From an uncultured Candidatus Peribacteria bacterium (lineage in GTDB: Bacteria > Patescibacteriota > Gracilibacteria > Absconditabacterales > Absconditicoccaceae): a DNA stretch of 55,447 nt. How positions within the stretch are numbered: the stretch's first letter is position 1; each line of letters opens with the position of its first letter. Where the stretch lies: NCBI GenBank assembly GCA_964367985.1, contig CAYIZS010000001.1, positions 1 through 55,447 on the forward strand, written 5' to 3'. This document shows, in pieces, positions 20,882-31,938 of this stretch. The translations under genes and the position numbers were made by a program. The notes under the pieces are model-generated. The model saw nothing but the letters and a program-made list of their open reading frames with translations, did no database searches and was not told the origin of the DNA.

Positions 20882-22135
20882 ATGGTACTTTATTCATTTT
20901 CTCAGCTTTCTCTCTACCAACAATGCCCCAAGAAATATCAGTTTAGATACTTGGACAAAATAGAGAGAGATTTTGAAACCACTCCGGATCTAGTGCTAGG
21001 AACCAGCGTCCATAGTGCATTAGAATGGCTTTATCAACAAGTCAGTATTTTCCTGACTCCAGAACTTTCTGATGTAATCTGAAAATTTGAAGAGAACCGA
21101 ACTACTGCAGAATCTCAAGCTAAAAACGAACTCAACTATCACAAAGAACTCCAAAAAACAGACTATCTCAGGAGAGGAGAAAACTATCTCAGAACTTATT
21201 ATCAAAAATACTATCCTTTTGATCAAAGCAAACTTATCGCAACAGAAAAAAGACTTATCTTTAATCTCGATGATCCCAAAGGAGAAAAAGAATCTATCAA
21301 ATTTACTGGATTTATCGATAGGTTAGACAAAGAGGATGATACCTTTATCATCAATGACTACAAAACAAACAAACATCTCCCTAGCGCAGAAGATACTGAT
21401 TATCAAGAGCAGCTCACCCTTTATGCCAAAGCCATGCAACAGCTCTATCCTGACTATCAAAAAAACATCAAAGCCAGACTCCATTTTCTGCATTTTGATC
21501 TCCTCAAGGAATGGGAAATCTGAGCTCCAGAACTTGCAGTAGTAGAAAATAAATACTATCAGCTTGCAAGTGAAATAGAAGAAAAAAGATTTTATTTTAA
21601 TATGGGAGAACGCAATACCTTTCCGACCAAAGAAAACAACTATTGTAAATACTGCGAATATATGAGCATCTGTCCACTTTGGATTCATCTAGGACAAGGA
21701 GATGAAATGATCTCCCATCAGGATCTGGGAGAAAGCAGCGTCAAACGCCTTGTAGATCGTTATGCAGAACTAGGTAAACAAGAAACTGAAAGCAAAAAAG
21801 AGAAAGAAATCATCAAAGAAGTACTTATTGGATATCAACAAGGAAAACAACAAGAAAGACTCTTTGGTTACCACAATAGTATCAAGTTTTCTCGCCAATC
21901 CAGCTGGAAAACTATTGATAAAGATGGACTCAAAGAATATCTGGTAAAAATCTGACTTTTGGATGAAGCAAGTGATCTCTCTCACCATAAAATATTAGCA
22001 TTGATAAAAAAGTGAGAAATCAGTCTCTGAGAGGTGGGGAAATTCTGAACCCTCAACGAAAACCAATCTCTCTACCCTAGGAAATTAAAGGAAGATGAAA
22101 TAGATTTTGAAACTGATGAAAATGCAGGATCCTAG
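20882..22135 (+). CDS. PD-(D/E)XK nuclease with Cas4/AddB-type Fe-S cysteines (417 aa)
   Basis: ATG 20882. The frame is open to TAG 22133-22135 across TGA at 21080, 21521 and 21953 and others in the tail. N-terminal SFSQLSLYQQCPKKYQFRYL, core GFIDRLD...INDYKT, C-terminal Cys cluster CKYCEYMSICP. Confidence 0.7.
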
Positions 22136-22306
22136 GGATCAAAGCTTCTCTCAAAAAGGATCAAAGAACTTTTGATAAGAGCATTTTTACAAGAGAAACT
22201 ACGAACAAGGTAATGAGTTTTTTTAAGCAACTCTCCTTGCAATCTTCTGAGCAAAAAAATATACTCTCTGCTGAAATAAACCCAGACTTTTATTTTGATA
22301 CAACAA

Positions 22307-23401
22307 ATGTTTTCAGATCCTGGAATCCTCCTCAAACTCAGTTTTATCCTCTCCTATGGACTAGCTAGTTTTATCTTAGCATTATTGCTTTACAAACCCT
22401 ATATCAAACTCCTTCAAAGACTCAAAGCCGGGAAAACGATTCGTGAAAATACTGCAACAGGAGAAAAATCAGAAATCTTTAGCAAACTCCATGCGCATAA
22501 ACAAGGAACCCCTACAATGGGAGGAGGACTCTTTATGATCGTGATGCTGATCATGATTTTAGGATCTTTTCTCCTCCCAAAACTCTGATGGATTGACTAC
22601 TCTCTCTGGAATCGTGAGGAGAGTTATATCATCCTTTTTGGGTTTTTTAGTATGGGACTGATCGGAATCGTAGATGACTATCTCAATATCAAAGGACATG
22701 GAAAGATCAAAGGCCTCAGTGCCAGAGCAAAACTCATCGGGATGTTTATTTTTTCTGCGTGGATCTCTTATTGGTTTTATGCAAAGCTCGGAGTCAGTTA
22801 TATCAATCTCTGGCCGTTGGCAGGAAAAATTGAAGTCTGACTCCTCTTTCCAATTCTGACTTTTATTGCCACAATTGCGATAGTCAATGCGATCAATATT
22901 TCAGATGGACTCGATGGACTCGTCGGTGGAACAATGGCAATGATTTTGACGAGTCTGGGGATCGTTACTTTTTTGAATGGAACTTATATCGCCACGACGG
23001 TTGTAGGGATCTTGGTGGCAGTACTGGTAGCATTTCTTTTTTTCAATATCAATCCAGCAAAAGTCTTTATGGGAGATAGTGGGGCCTTTGCACTAGGAGG
23101 GATTGTCGCTTCTCTGATCTATCTCCTCAATATGAGATTCTGAATTTTAATCCCCTTTTTGATTATTTTTGGAGTTTTTATCCTAGAGTTTTTTTCAAGT
23201 TTTCTTCAAATTTTTTGGAAAAAAGTTTTCAAAAAAAAGCTCTTTCCGATAGCTCCCTTTCATCATCTACTAGAGCATTATGGCATGAAAGAAACCACCA
23301 TCGTCATGAAAATCTGGCTGATCCAAGGAATATTGATTGTAGCAGGAGTTTTGATGATTTTGATCGAATATGTTTTAATCAAAAAAGGAGGAACTTTCTA
23401 G
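22307..23401 (+). CDS. mraY: phospho-N-acetylmuramoyl-pentapeptide transferase (364 aa)
   Basis: Four track fragments (22295.., 22652.., 22934.., 23159..23401) are in one frame joined by TGA at 22586, 22838 and 23141. Motifs HAHKQGTPTMGG, VDDYLNI, NAINISDGLDGL, GDSGAFALGG and APFHHLLEH. Confidence 0.9.
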
Positions 23402-23442
23402 CCCTCCTTTATTGTTTGGAATATATTTATTATCTTAATATA

Positions 23443-23934
23443 CTAGGGAGTTGGTGCTGGAGCCGGAGTTGAGGATTTATTCCACCAAGCAAGTTTTGAA
23501 AACCAATTTTCTTTGGTAGGGATTTTTGTTTGTAATTTTTCAAAAGTAAAACTGGACGCTGGTTTCGTCGTATCAAATAAACTTTTTATTGAATTTCCAA
23601 GATTATTGAACAAATTTCCTGTTATATCACGAGCATTTAAAACTGCATTCCTAGATGGTTCTAAGGCAAGTCTCACTGCTCATTCTATTAGAGCTCAAGT
23701 TCAAGCAACAAGTCCAATAGGAACTTGATAAAGTTTGTTATACCACTTTCCTTTAGTTCGTGAAGAGGATAAAGTATCTCGTAATTTAGTACTCGTATCT
23801 TCTACAATAGTTCCAAGATCTGAGAGAACATTTCCCCCTAACCTCAAAGTATCTATTCAAGCTAGTCCTACAGTTCCAGCTCCTCTAGGTACTATTCCAA
23901 AAGTATTTCCCATAAAGTTTCCAAATTTTCCCAT
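23443..23934 (-). CDS. hypothetical Gly-rich small membrane protein (163 aa)
   Basis: Track ORF 23443..23676 extends in frame through TGA at 23680, 23695, 23701 and 23857 to ATG 23932-23934. It contains KWYNKLYQVPIGLVA[G]T[G]ALIE[G]AV. TAG stop. Confidence 0.6.
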
Positions 23935-24003
23935 CGTCAGTAGATATAATAAATAAATTATTTGCCCACAAACTCATTATAACTATTTTTAAACAAAAGT
24001 CAA

Positions 24004-24342
24004 TTATTTTTTATTTTTATTCATAGCAAGAATCTGATTTTTTTGAAACTCCTCAAAAACATCTCCCAAAAAATCATCATAATCAGGGATTACTTCTTCG
24101 ATATATTCTAACGCCTCATGTTCTTTTTCTGCAGCAAAAAGTTCATCCACCTTTTCTCTCTGCTCTGGACTCAAAGCAGCCAATACTGCTGTCATAATCG
24201 TATCCATCAATACAGGTTCCATCTCAGATTTGAGTAAATCAAAATCTGCTAGCTCAGGATCAAATCACATTTGTAACAAGGTATCATTGAGAAAATCCTC
24301 ATAAAAAAGATCTTCTGTTTCGTGGTGATGCATGTCAGTCAT
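24004..24342 (-). CDS. small acidic helical protein (112 aa)
   Basis: Track ORF 24004..24222 extends through one TGA to ATG 24340-24342 (MTDMHHHETEDLFYEDF...). The C-terminal part reads ...YIEEVIPDYDDFLGDVFEEF. Confidence 0.6.
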
Positions 24343-24414
24343 TTTGATATAATATAAAGAAATAAATAGTAATGATATAATTATTTGATCATCAGCTACA
24401 AGTCTATCTGAAAC

Positions 24415-27400
24415 TTAAGCAGCTATTGCAGATGTATCTGCATCAGAAAGATTTGGATAAGCTTCTAGCATTTCTTGCTTAATAAGTCCGTTGGTATCTA
24501 ATAATCATGGATGAAAATATTTTTTCATCTCAGACGTAATAGTTAAAGATTCTCACAAAATAAGTGCCTCAGTTAATTGATAGCCAGAGTTTTGATCAAA
24601 CTCATAATCCATTACAGACATTAGCAAGGTATAAAATCTAGGAGTCTGAACTTCTTTTCAATCCAACATTTTACTTGACAAACGTTCGTTGATATTTTTT
24701 AGTGAGTGTTTGCGATTAACTAATAATTTATAAAAATCCTGCATATCAATATTATAGGTCTTTGAAAGTAATGTTAAGACATTTCTCTCCTTTTGGTATG
24801 CATTAAATGCAGCATTTTGTCCATAATCTTTCAATATTTTCAGAGTAAAATGCTCTGTAATAGCTTCATTAAGAGCTCTTCCACGCTCCTGAATACTAAT
24901 TTTTCCATCTGAATTTTTACTAAATCTTCTCATCATAGCTCCCAATCTACGTGCATTTGGATATTTGTTGTATGCATCAGCTCTAGCTAATTTTTTTTCA
25001 TCCTTGTATTGATGCCAATAATTGGAAGTACTTGTTCCATGAACCATCTCATGGACGATCGTATGCATCAAATTTTCTTCTATCTTTTGACGTAAATATT
25101 CCCCTTTAAAATCTTTGTAAAACAAGGCATCTCTATTGATAAACAATTCTCCATTCATATAGCTACAAAATCATAAGGTATCAGGATCATAGCTTCCTTT
25201 CTGTCACCAAAACTCATAGTTTCATACGATATGAATCTTGTCTTTATTTGGGGTTTTAGAACGCTCTCCACCAATAGCATTAAAGGCATTATCGACAGCA
25301 CTTAATGCCATCTCAATAACAGAATCAAATGAATCTTCTGCTACATACTCTCTCTCTTTTTGAATAGATTCTACCAAAATTCTTTCTGCTTCTATCCTAT
25401 CTCATCTCGCAAGAGCATCTTCTATCTGCACCGTAGCATCATAAAACTCTTTAAAGTTCGGATCCTTATAAAGAGGAACTCCATGATCTAAAACAATTTT
25501 TGCAATTTCTTCTGGAGATTTAAACTTAAAATCCTCCGGGTATTCTTCTGTTAAAAAAGGTTCAATATCTCATCCCAAAATAGCACCTCTTGGAGAGACT
25601 CCAATTTTTTCTGAACTAAAAGGTTTGGGAGGGATGGGATTAAATTTATCAAAAGGGTCATTTCAAGCTTTTTTCCATCCATCCTTCCAATGTCCAGGTT
25701 TATCAGTAATTGGTTTCGTAGGTATGGGATCTTTATCTCATTTATCTATTTGATCAGGATTTTGATTTTCTTTTTCCTGTTTATTTTTCTTGAAAGTATT
25801 GAAAAATAAAGGAAGTGGAACAAACTTAGTATTTTCTCCTACTCCTGGAATAATATCCTTGATTTTAAAGATCACTTGTCCAAATCTTTCAGCTACAGAT
25901 TCTCAATGAGCCCCAGCGATACTCCTGGTTGCATCATAAGCAAAATCAGGAACCATACTAGCATTTCCAGAAGAAGCCAATCCTTCCGCAGCTTTTTCTA
26001 AGGTTTCTAATGCACGATATCCATGCAAAAAGTCATTACTAAATGCTTTTCATGCTCGATCAGATTCCCATGGCTTGCTAGCGATTTCTCTGAGGAATGC
26101 TGACTCCTGAGTAGAAGAGAGTCCCAAAGATTTAATATTGGAAATAACTGCAGTCATTTTATCTTGATAAGCTCAAGAAGTGTTGAGCATACTGGCTACT
26201 CTAGTTGGAACATCATCAGTTCCTGCACTATAGAGCACCTCCATCGTAGCATCTGGATGTAAACCAGATAGTTGACTAGAAAGCTTTGTAGCTACCTCAG
26301 AATTTCCAGTAATCTCATGACCACCCAAAGTAAAATGATCTACACCAGATCCCTGCAAAAGATTTTCTGTAGGTTTCTGACTAAAAATACCATTACCCAT
26401 AATTGCTTGGGATGCTACCGCAAATCATGCAGATACAGCTGCTGTAGTTAGTCCATATTTGGTTGCCAACCAGGTTCTTTCTTTTTTGAATCTCCTATTA
26501 GCATTATCATAATCAGACTCCAATTCTGTCACTAATGTCGCATAATCATCTCATTCTAAAGTACTCAAATTATTGATCTCATCAAAAGTAATCCCCAATT
26601 TTTGAGCTCAAAGCTCCAAACTTTTCCACAAAAGATTCATCTCTTGCTCTACCAACTCAGGAGAGTCTGAATAGAGAAAATTATGTCCTGTTTTGAGATA
26701 AGCATCCAACCTTACTTTTGATTGTAATAAAATAGAAGACAAATGCCCTTGATCCACTGCAGACAAAGGTCTCAGTGAAGAACTCATAGCCAAAAGCTCT
26801 CCTGCCAATTCTTTGGTACTCAAAAACTGATCATGAGTAGCATCATTGTAGAGTTCAAGCTGTCTTTTGGCTTTATATCTTTTAGCTCGATTTAGTGCTC
26901 CTTTTTTTGCAAAATCATCTTGTCGTTTTTTAACTAAAACTTTTTCTTTTTGATTTGCTGATACTCGATTTTTCTCGTGAGTATTGTGTTCTTTGGTATA
27001 ATGGGTCCATTTTTTTACAAAATTCATAAATCCTGTCGTACCAGCAAATACTCCTATTTTTAGCGCAGAAGCAGCCACCACTCCCATTCCCAAAGCTCCA
27101 CCGGTTGCTCCTAGCAACACCCCTAGTCCAGCATAAGCTGGCACCTGATAATACCAAGGGATTTTGTCTAATTTGTGCCCTAGTTTGTAAAGCCAACCTT
27201 TTTCATTTTTAGTATTATCGATTTGATAAGCAGCTTTCCCTTTATCTAAAACATGAAGTTTGACTTTCAAGTTTTCTAATTCTTGCCCTCTCAAAGATTC
27301 TCTAAATTGAAAATATTTTTTTAAATTTTCTAGATCTCATTTTTCTAAATCTGGAGAGATCTGATTTAAAAATTTAGGAGAAGTCTGATAATCTAAAATA

Positions 27401-29106
27401 AATTGACGAATCTCTTGATTGATTGCCTCTACATCAGCACCTGTCATCAAAGCTTGAGACAAACGATCCATCAATTGATATTGTCCTCTCTCTACTGTAA
27501 GCTGATCTAAAATATTGCTAGAAAAATATTCGATATTTCCTTTTTTGAGTTCAGATTTGATGCTTGGATGCTGTTCTACAATCGTATTAAATAGTAATTT
27601 AAAATAATCCTCAGTAATTCTTCATAACACAAACTCTTGTGCCAAGTGATTTACTTCTGGGATTTCTAATGCTATTGTAGTCAATTGCTCTATATCCCCA
27701 AAATTTGTTTTTTGCTCTAAACTATGACGATTGGCTGCTCTAGTAAGTTCTGAATCACTTTTTGTATCCATGGTAAATGCCTTATTTTTTGCGATATCTT
27801 GCATATAGGTATTGATTAAATTTTTTCTCATTTTCCCTCTAGAAAAGAAAAATTTTGCTCTTTTTAAAAGATTTAATTTGTGAGTGACTTTATATTCATC
27901 TTTTAGATATTCCTCAGCATAAAGTCTAGCATTTTCTTGATGAGTTTGAAAAGTATTGGAAAGAACTGCATCAATTGAGACATTCTCTGGATCTGATTTT
28001 ATTGGATCTATTGGATCTATCGGATCTATCGGATCTATCGGATTTATTGGATCTATTGGATCTATCGGATCTATCGGATCTATTGGATCTATCGGATCTA
28101 TCGGATCTATTGGATCTATCGGATCTGGTTTGACTACCTTATTTAATAACCTTATTATATGGTATTCTTTAGTTTCAGTAGCAAGATCTTTTTCTAAAAG
28201 ACTTAAACTATTCTTTAATTTTCAAAGATCTTTTTCTTTTTTAAGCAGCATTTCTTCTTTAGGCCTTCTACCCAACTCATTGCCACGCATCTTATCTGCA
28301 TCTAATTCACTTTTCAAATCATCAATTATCTTTTGTATATCTGCTATTTCTTCCAACAAAGCTGCTTTTTCTGCAGTTCTATCTTTTTTTTCTTCTCATA
28401 AAACAACATACTCTACCTCATATCCTATTTTTTTCAACATTGATTCACTTTTCTTGGAACTTTCTATGATTTCATTAAGTGTTTTAAAATGAGGATCTCA
28501 TGAACCAATATCATGATTATTTATTTGAATATCTAGCCCTTGAGATAAGATTATTATTTCAGCAAACATCGTATCTAAATCTTTAATTTGCATTTCAAAA
28601 TCATCAACACTAATCCTATTCTCATATTTTTTTACCAATAAATCTTCATATTTTTTTCTAAAATCTGCATAAAAATTTAGATCATCCAGAGCAATCCAAT
28701 TCCCCTTTCTTAGTTCTATTTGTCCAGCAGGCACTCCATTATTGAGATGATTAACTCAATTGTCATATCTATTTTCAGAAAGCTTCGATGCCAGTAAATC
28801 TCTAGAAACTAATTTTCCCAATTTAATTTTATCAAGATCTTCTCTAGGTGCTGATTTTAATTGGCTCTCTAAGTAGTTTTTCAATAACTCATAGAGTTTG
28901 ATTGCTGGATCATTTGGATCATTATAACGTAAAGTAGCTTTTATATAGTCTGTCTCATGCAACATTTTCCCCTTTTCATCAAAAGAGAGTTGAGAAAAAT
29001 CCAATGAAAGATTCTCTAAAAGATCTTCCATAGTTTGAATATTTGGATTTTGAGAAAGCAGAGAAATCCTTTCTTTTATCCCTTCTGTTAAAAGGTTGTT
29101 TGTCAT
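24415..29106 (-). CDS. giant membrane protein (1563 aa) with (DPI)14 repeat and C-terminal HExxH zincin-like metalloprotease domain
   Basis: Six track fragments (24658..25158, 26173..26400, 26608..27294, 27622..27831, 28498..28734, 28756..29106) are all in one frame. A codon-by-codon walk from ATG 29104-29106 to TAA 24415-24417 finds no TAA/TAG and ~22 TGA. Layout: helical N-terminal ~330 aa; DPI repeat; Gly-zipper TM pair (WYYQVPAYAGLGVLLGATGGALGMGVVAASALKIGVFAGTTGF); a third TM; then a large C-terminal part ending in TIVHEMVHGT (25039-25053), with ALNEAITEHF ~60 aa later. Confidence 0.8.
28000..28125 (-). repeat. 14 tandem 9-nt units (GAT CCR ATA) encoding (Asp-Pro-Ile)14
   Basis: Read directly on the plus strand as tat(t/c)ggatc x14. 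In the giant ORF frame this gives DPIDPIDPI..., with one DPI->NPI variant (28036-28044). Confidence 0.9.
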
Positions 29107-29207
29107 AATACTCGAAAATTAAGAATTAAATTACTTTATTTAAGTATAAGTAATTAGATAATAAAAAACAAAAAACAGCAACAATTTTAAACACAAAACA
29201 TTGACAT

Positions 29208-29235
29208 ATTATACATAAATGATATTTATATTCAA
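29208..29235 (-). promoter_or_regulatory. candidate sigma-70 promoter of the giant gene
   Basis: Minus strand: TTGAAT (29230-29235), 16-nt spacer, TATAAT (29208-29213), ~100 nt upstream of ATG 29106 and just downstream of a terminator. Confidence 0.4.
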
Positions 29236-29246
29236 CTTAAAATTTA

Positions 29247-29273
29247 TTAAAAAATCTGAGACTTTTCTCAGAT
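29247..29273 (-). terminator. rho-independent terminator after the 92-aa gene
   Basis: Perfect 8-bp stem ATCTGAGA / TCTCAGAT (29254-29273) with a 4-nt loop. The plus-strand A-run (29249-29253) is a T-run on the minus strand. Confidence 0.6.
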
Positions 29274-29299
29274 TTCTTCATTTATAGGTTAGAAAAGAA

Positions 29300-29578
29300 T
29301 TATGCAAGATACTCCGCCAAAAAAGAAGAAGTAACTTCTTCTAAAAGTCAGATATAATTTGGGATTTTAAAAAACAATTTGGAGTCTAATTCTTCTATTG
29401 TAGATGCCTGAATTTCTGCCATTACTTGATCATCAACCAATAGTTCTATCTCTCACCAAAAAAGCTCTTCGATCTGTGTTTCTATAAAATCTTTTTCATA
29501 TTCAGAAAAATCATCTTGAGCAATTTGTTGTACTCTATCTACTGCATAATTTTTAGCATCTTGTAAAGTCTTAAGCAT
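29300..29578 (-). CDS. small acidic helical protein (92 aa)
   Basis: Not in the track because it is split by TGA at 29453 and 29348. ATG 29576-29578 to TAA 29300-29302, hand translated: MLKTLQDAKNYAVDRVQQIAQDDFSEYEKDFIETQIEELFW[G]EIELL...FFKIPNYI[G]LLEEVTSSFLAEYLA. Confidence 0.55.
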
Positions 29579-29614
29579 GATATTTTATTTGTTAAATAAT
29601 AAATTAAGTTGTTT

Positions 29615-30541
29615 TTATGCTGCCAAACCAACATTTCTTTTTTGTTGATCAACATATTTTTTCTGAGCCTCTAATAACTCCTCTGCTATCAAATTCTTGA
29701 GGCCAATAGTCCAAGTGCTATCTTTTTCATCGATTTTGATTTTTTCTTTCAAAATTGCAAGCTGTTCTCAAATTGTATCTGATTTCCATTTCCACAACAT
29801 TTTCACCTTCCCTCTTTTGAGAGTTTGTCTAGTTCAAAATAAGCTGGTATTTGTTAGCCCCATTAAATAAATTAATACATTTTTAGGATAATCTTCGGAA
29901 TAATTCGCCGGATCTTCTGAACCTTTCATTTCTTTTATTTTTGATTGAATTGTCACCAGTCTTCTCCTAGACCAAGAGAGATATTCTTTTAATTTAGGTC
30001 CATGTGTCACAATCCCTGTCAAATTTGCTTTTAGTTCATTTATTTCATCATCCTTAACTTTTTTCAAAGTATCGATATTTCATCCTACTTGCGAAATATA
30101 ATTTTTCATATCTTTTTTAAAAAAATCCTGGAGATTTTTATTTTTTTTAGCTTCTCTTTCTTTCTCTAGATTTGCTATTGCTACTTGCATATCTACTTCT
30201 TTTTTCTCTTTCTCTTTTTTGCTACCTTTAAAATTTTCGAGTTCTTTTTGAAGAGCTTTTATTTGTTTGTCGTAATCTTCATCTATTTCTTTTAAGTCTT
30301 TAGAAACCTCATTATAAGCATTTCAAAAACTCTCATGTTTTGTTTTTACTTTTTCTGGAGATTTTTTATTTTCCAAAAAATCACGCAATTGTTCTGCTTT
30401 CTTGATACTTTCTGGATCTCCTTGCTGATAATATCTTCCCATTTCAGAATAAAGCTGCTGATCTGTCAGATTTTTCCAAGATTCCTGTAACTTCATTTCT
30501 TCTGGAGTTAAGGGTTGAGTAGGATTAGTAGTGTTTTCCAT
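29615..30541 (-). CDS. hypothetical coiled-coil protein (308 aa)
   Basis: Track fragments 30323..30589 and 29834..30067 are in one frame joined by TGA at 30323, 30080, 29834 and 29768. ATG 30539-30541 (MENTTNPTQ...) to TAA 29615-29617. Lys/Glu-rich heptad-like sequence. Confidence 0.6.
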
Positions 30542-30642
30542 TATTTTAACATCAGAAAATAAATACATATAATATGATAAATAACCCAATTATATTCTAA
30601 AAAAACAAAAAAGCAAAATTTGAAAGACTTTTTTCTCCAAAA

Positions 30643-30669
30643 GAAAAAAATCCTGAACTCAGTCAGGAT
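30643..30669 (-). terminator. rho-independent terminator after rpsA
   Basis: ATCCTGA / TCAGGAT stem (30650-30669). The plus-strand A-run at 30643-30649 is a T-run on the minus strand. Confidence 0.6.
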
Positions 30670-30695
30670 CTTTTATATTTTTTAAGAGCAATAAA

Positions 30696-31877
30696 TTACT
30701 CCTCTTTTTCTTCGATCTGTTTTACCACATCTTCCAAGCTACCTTTGCTCGCAGCTTTTTTAGCTGGTTTCTTTTCTCCTTCTTCACCTACTTTTTCATC
30801 CAAATTTTTCATAGAAAGTCAGAGTTTTCTATTTTTAGGATCGATCAAAATCAATTTTGCTTTTACGATTTGACCAAGTTTTACAACTTCGTTTGGATTA
30901 TTTACGGTTTTTTGAGAAAGCTCACTCAAGTGCACCAATCCATTGATATCCTGGAATACCCTCACAAACACTCCATACGGCACATATCTCACGATTTCTC
31001 CTTCGATAATATCTCCCACTTTGTGATGTTTTGGAAGCTCTTCTCGTGGATCTCCTCTGAGCTGTTTTGCAGAGAGAGAGATTTTACCATTATCGAGCCC
31101 AATCACTTTTACCTGCATTTTTTCTCAGATTTTTCAAAGTCTATCGATATCATTTACATGTCCATAAGTAATCTCTGAAATATGCACTAATCCTTCTACC
31201 GTACCACCAATAGTTACAAATAGTCCATAAGATGAAATACCACTTACCACTCCATCAAAAATCTTTCCAACTTCGAGCTCTGCAAGTACTTTTTCTTTTT
31301 CTTCTTTGAGTGCTTCTCTCTCTGAGAGGATAATTCTTTTATCTTCTTCGTCGATATTAATTACTCTCACTTTAATTTCTTGTCCGATGAGTTCGAGCAA
31401 TTTGTCAAAGATCACTTCTTGGTCTCCATCCTCTACTCTAGGGTAATGAATTGGAGCAAGCTGAGAAAGCGGGATAAATCCTTTGATTCCATGCATATCG
31501 ATGAGTAATCCTCCCAAGTTTGCCTCAGTAGGTACCACAGAAATGATTTCATCTTTTTCAAATTTTCCAATGATAGATTTTCGTACATCATATTGCAATA
31601 ATCTAGTCACAGAAACAATATAGTATCCATCTTCGTGTCTCACAGCAGGATTGATAATTTCTAGTTCGAGTTCTGTTCATGGATTGAGATCAAATTCTGA
31701 TCTTTTGAGTTCTTTAACCTCTTTGGAAAGAATCACACCAGTAAATGCACCATTTTCACAGTTTACAAGTACCCCATTTTCTATCTCTTTGAGGATCACT
31801 CCCTGTACTTTTACCCCTTCTTTAATCAGAGGTATCTGATAAGTTCCCCCTTTAGGAGAACTGGCTTTTTTTGCCAT
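30696..31877 (-). CDS. rpsA: 30S ribosomal protein S1 (393 aa, four S1 domains)
   Basis: Track fragments 30819..31118, 31134..31643 and 31677..31877 are in one frame joined by TGA at 30819, 31125, 31134 and 31677. Repeated S1-domain pattern (G.V....YG.FV.I.....GL.HISE). TAA at 30696-30698. Confidence 0.85.
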
Positions 31878-31938
31878 TAATAATTAAAAGTTAAATAAAT
31901 AAAAATATCAGCCAAACAACTTTGATTGAATGCCGAAA

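Noticed and set aside
22132-22368. A 67-aa minus-strand ORF (22132..22335) and a 51-aa plus-strand ORF (ATG 22213) in the nuclease-mraY spacer.
   Set aside because: Both are short, lack motifs and overlap the well-supported mraY N-terminus or each other. They are most likely non-coding spacer.
28000-28125. A regular short-repeat array that might be mistaken for a CRISPR or minisatellite locus.
   Set aside because: The 9-nt units are head to tail with no spacers. They are in phase with and inside a long ORF, encoding DPI repeats. No cas genes are present.
27956-28492. 178-aa plus-strand ORF with a striking (Gly-Ser-Ile)n repeat.
   Set aside because: It is the antisense reading of the 9-nt repeat inside the 1563-aa minus-strand gene. 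It has no independent support and lies wholly within a much longer stop-free frame.
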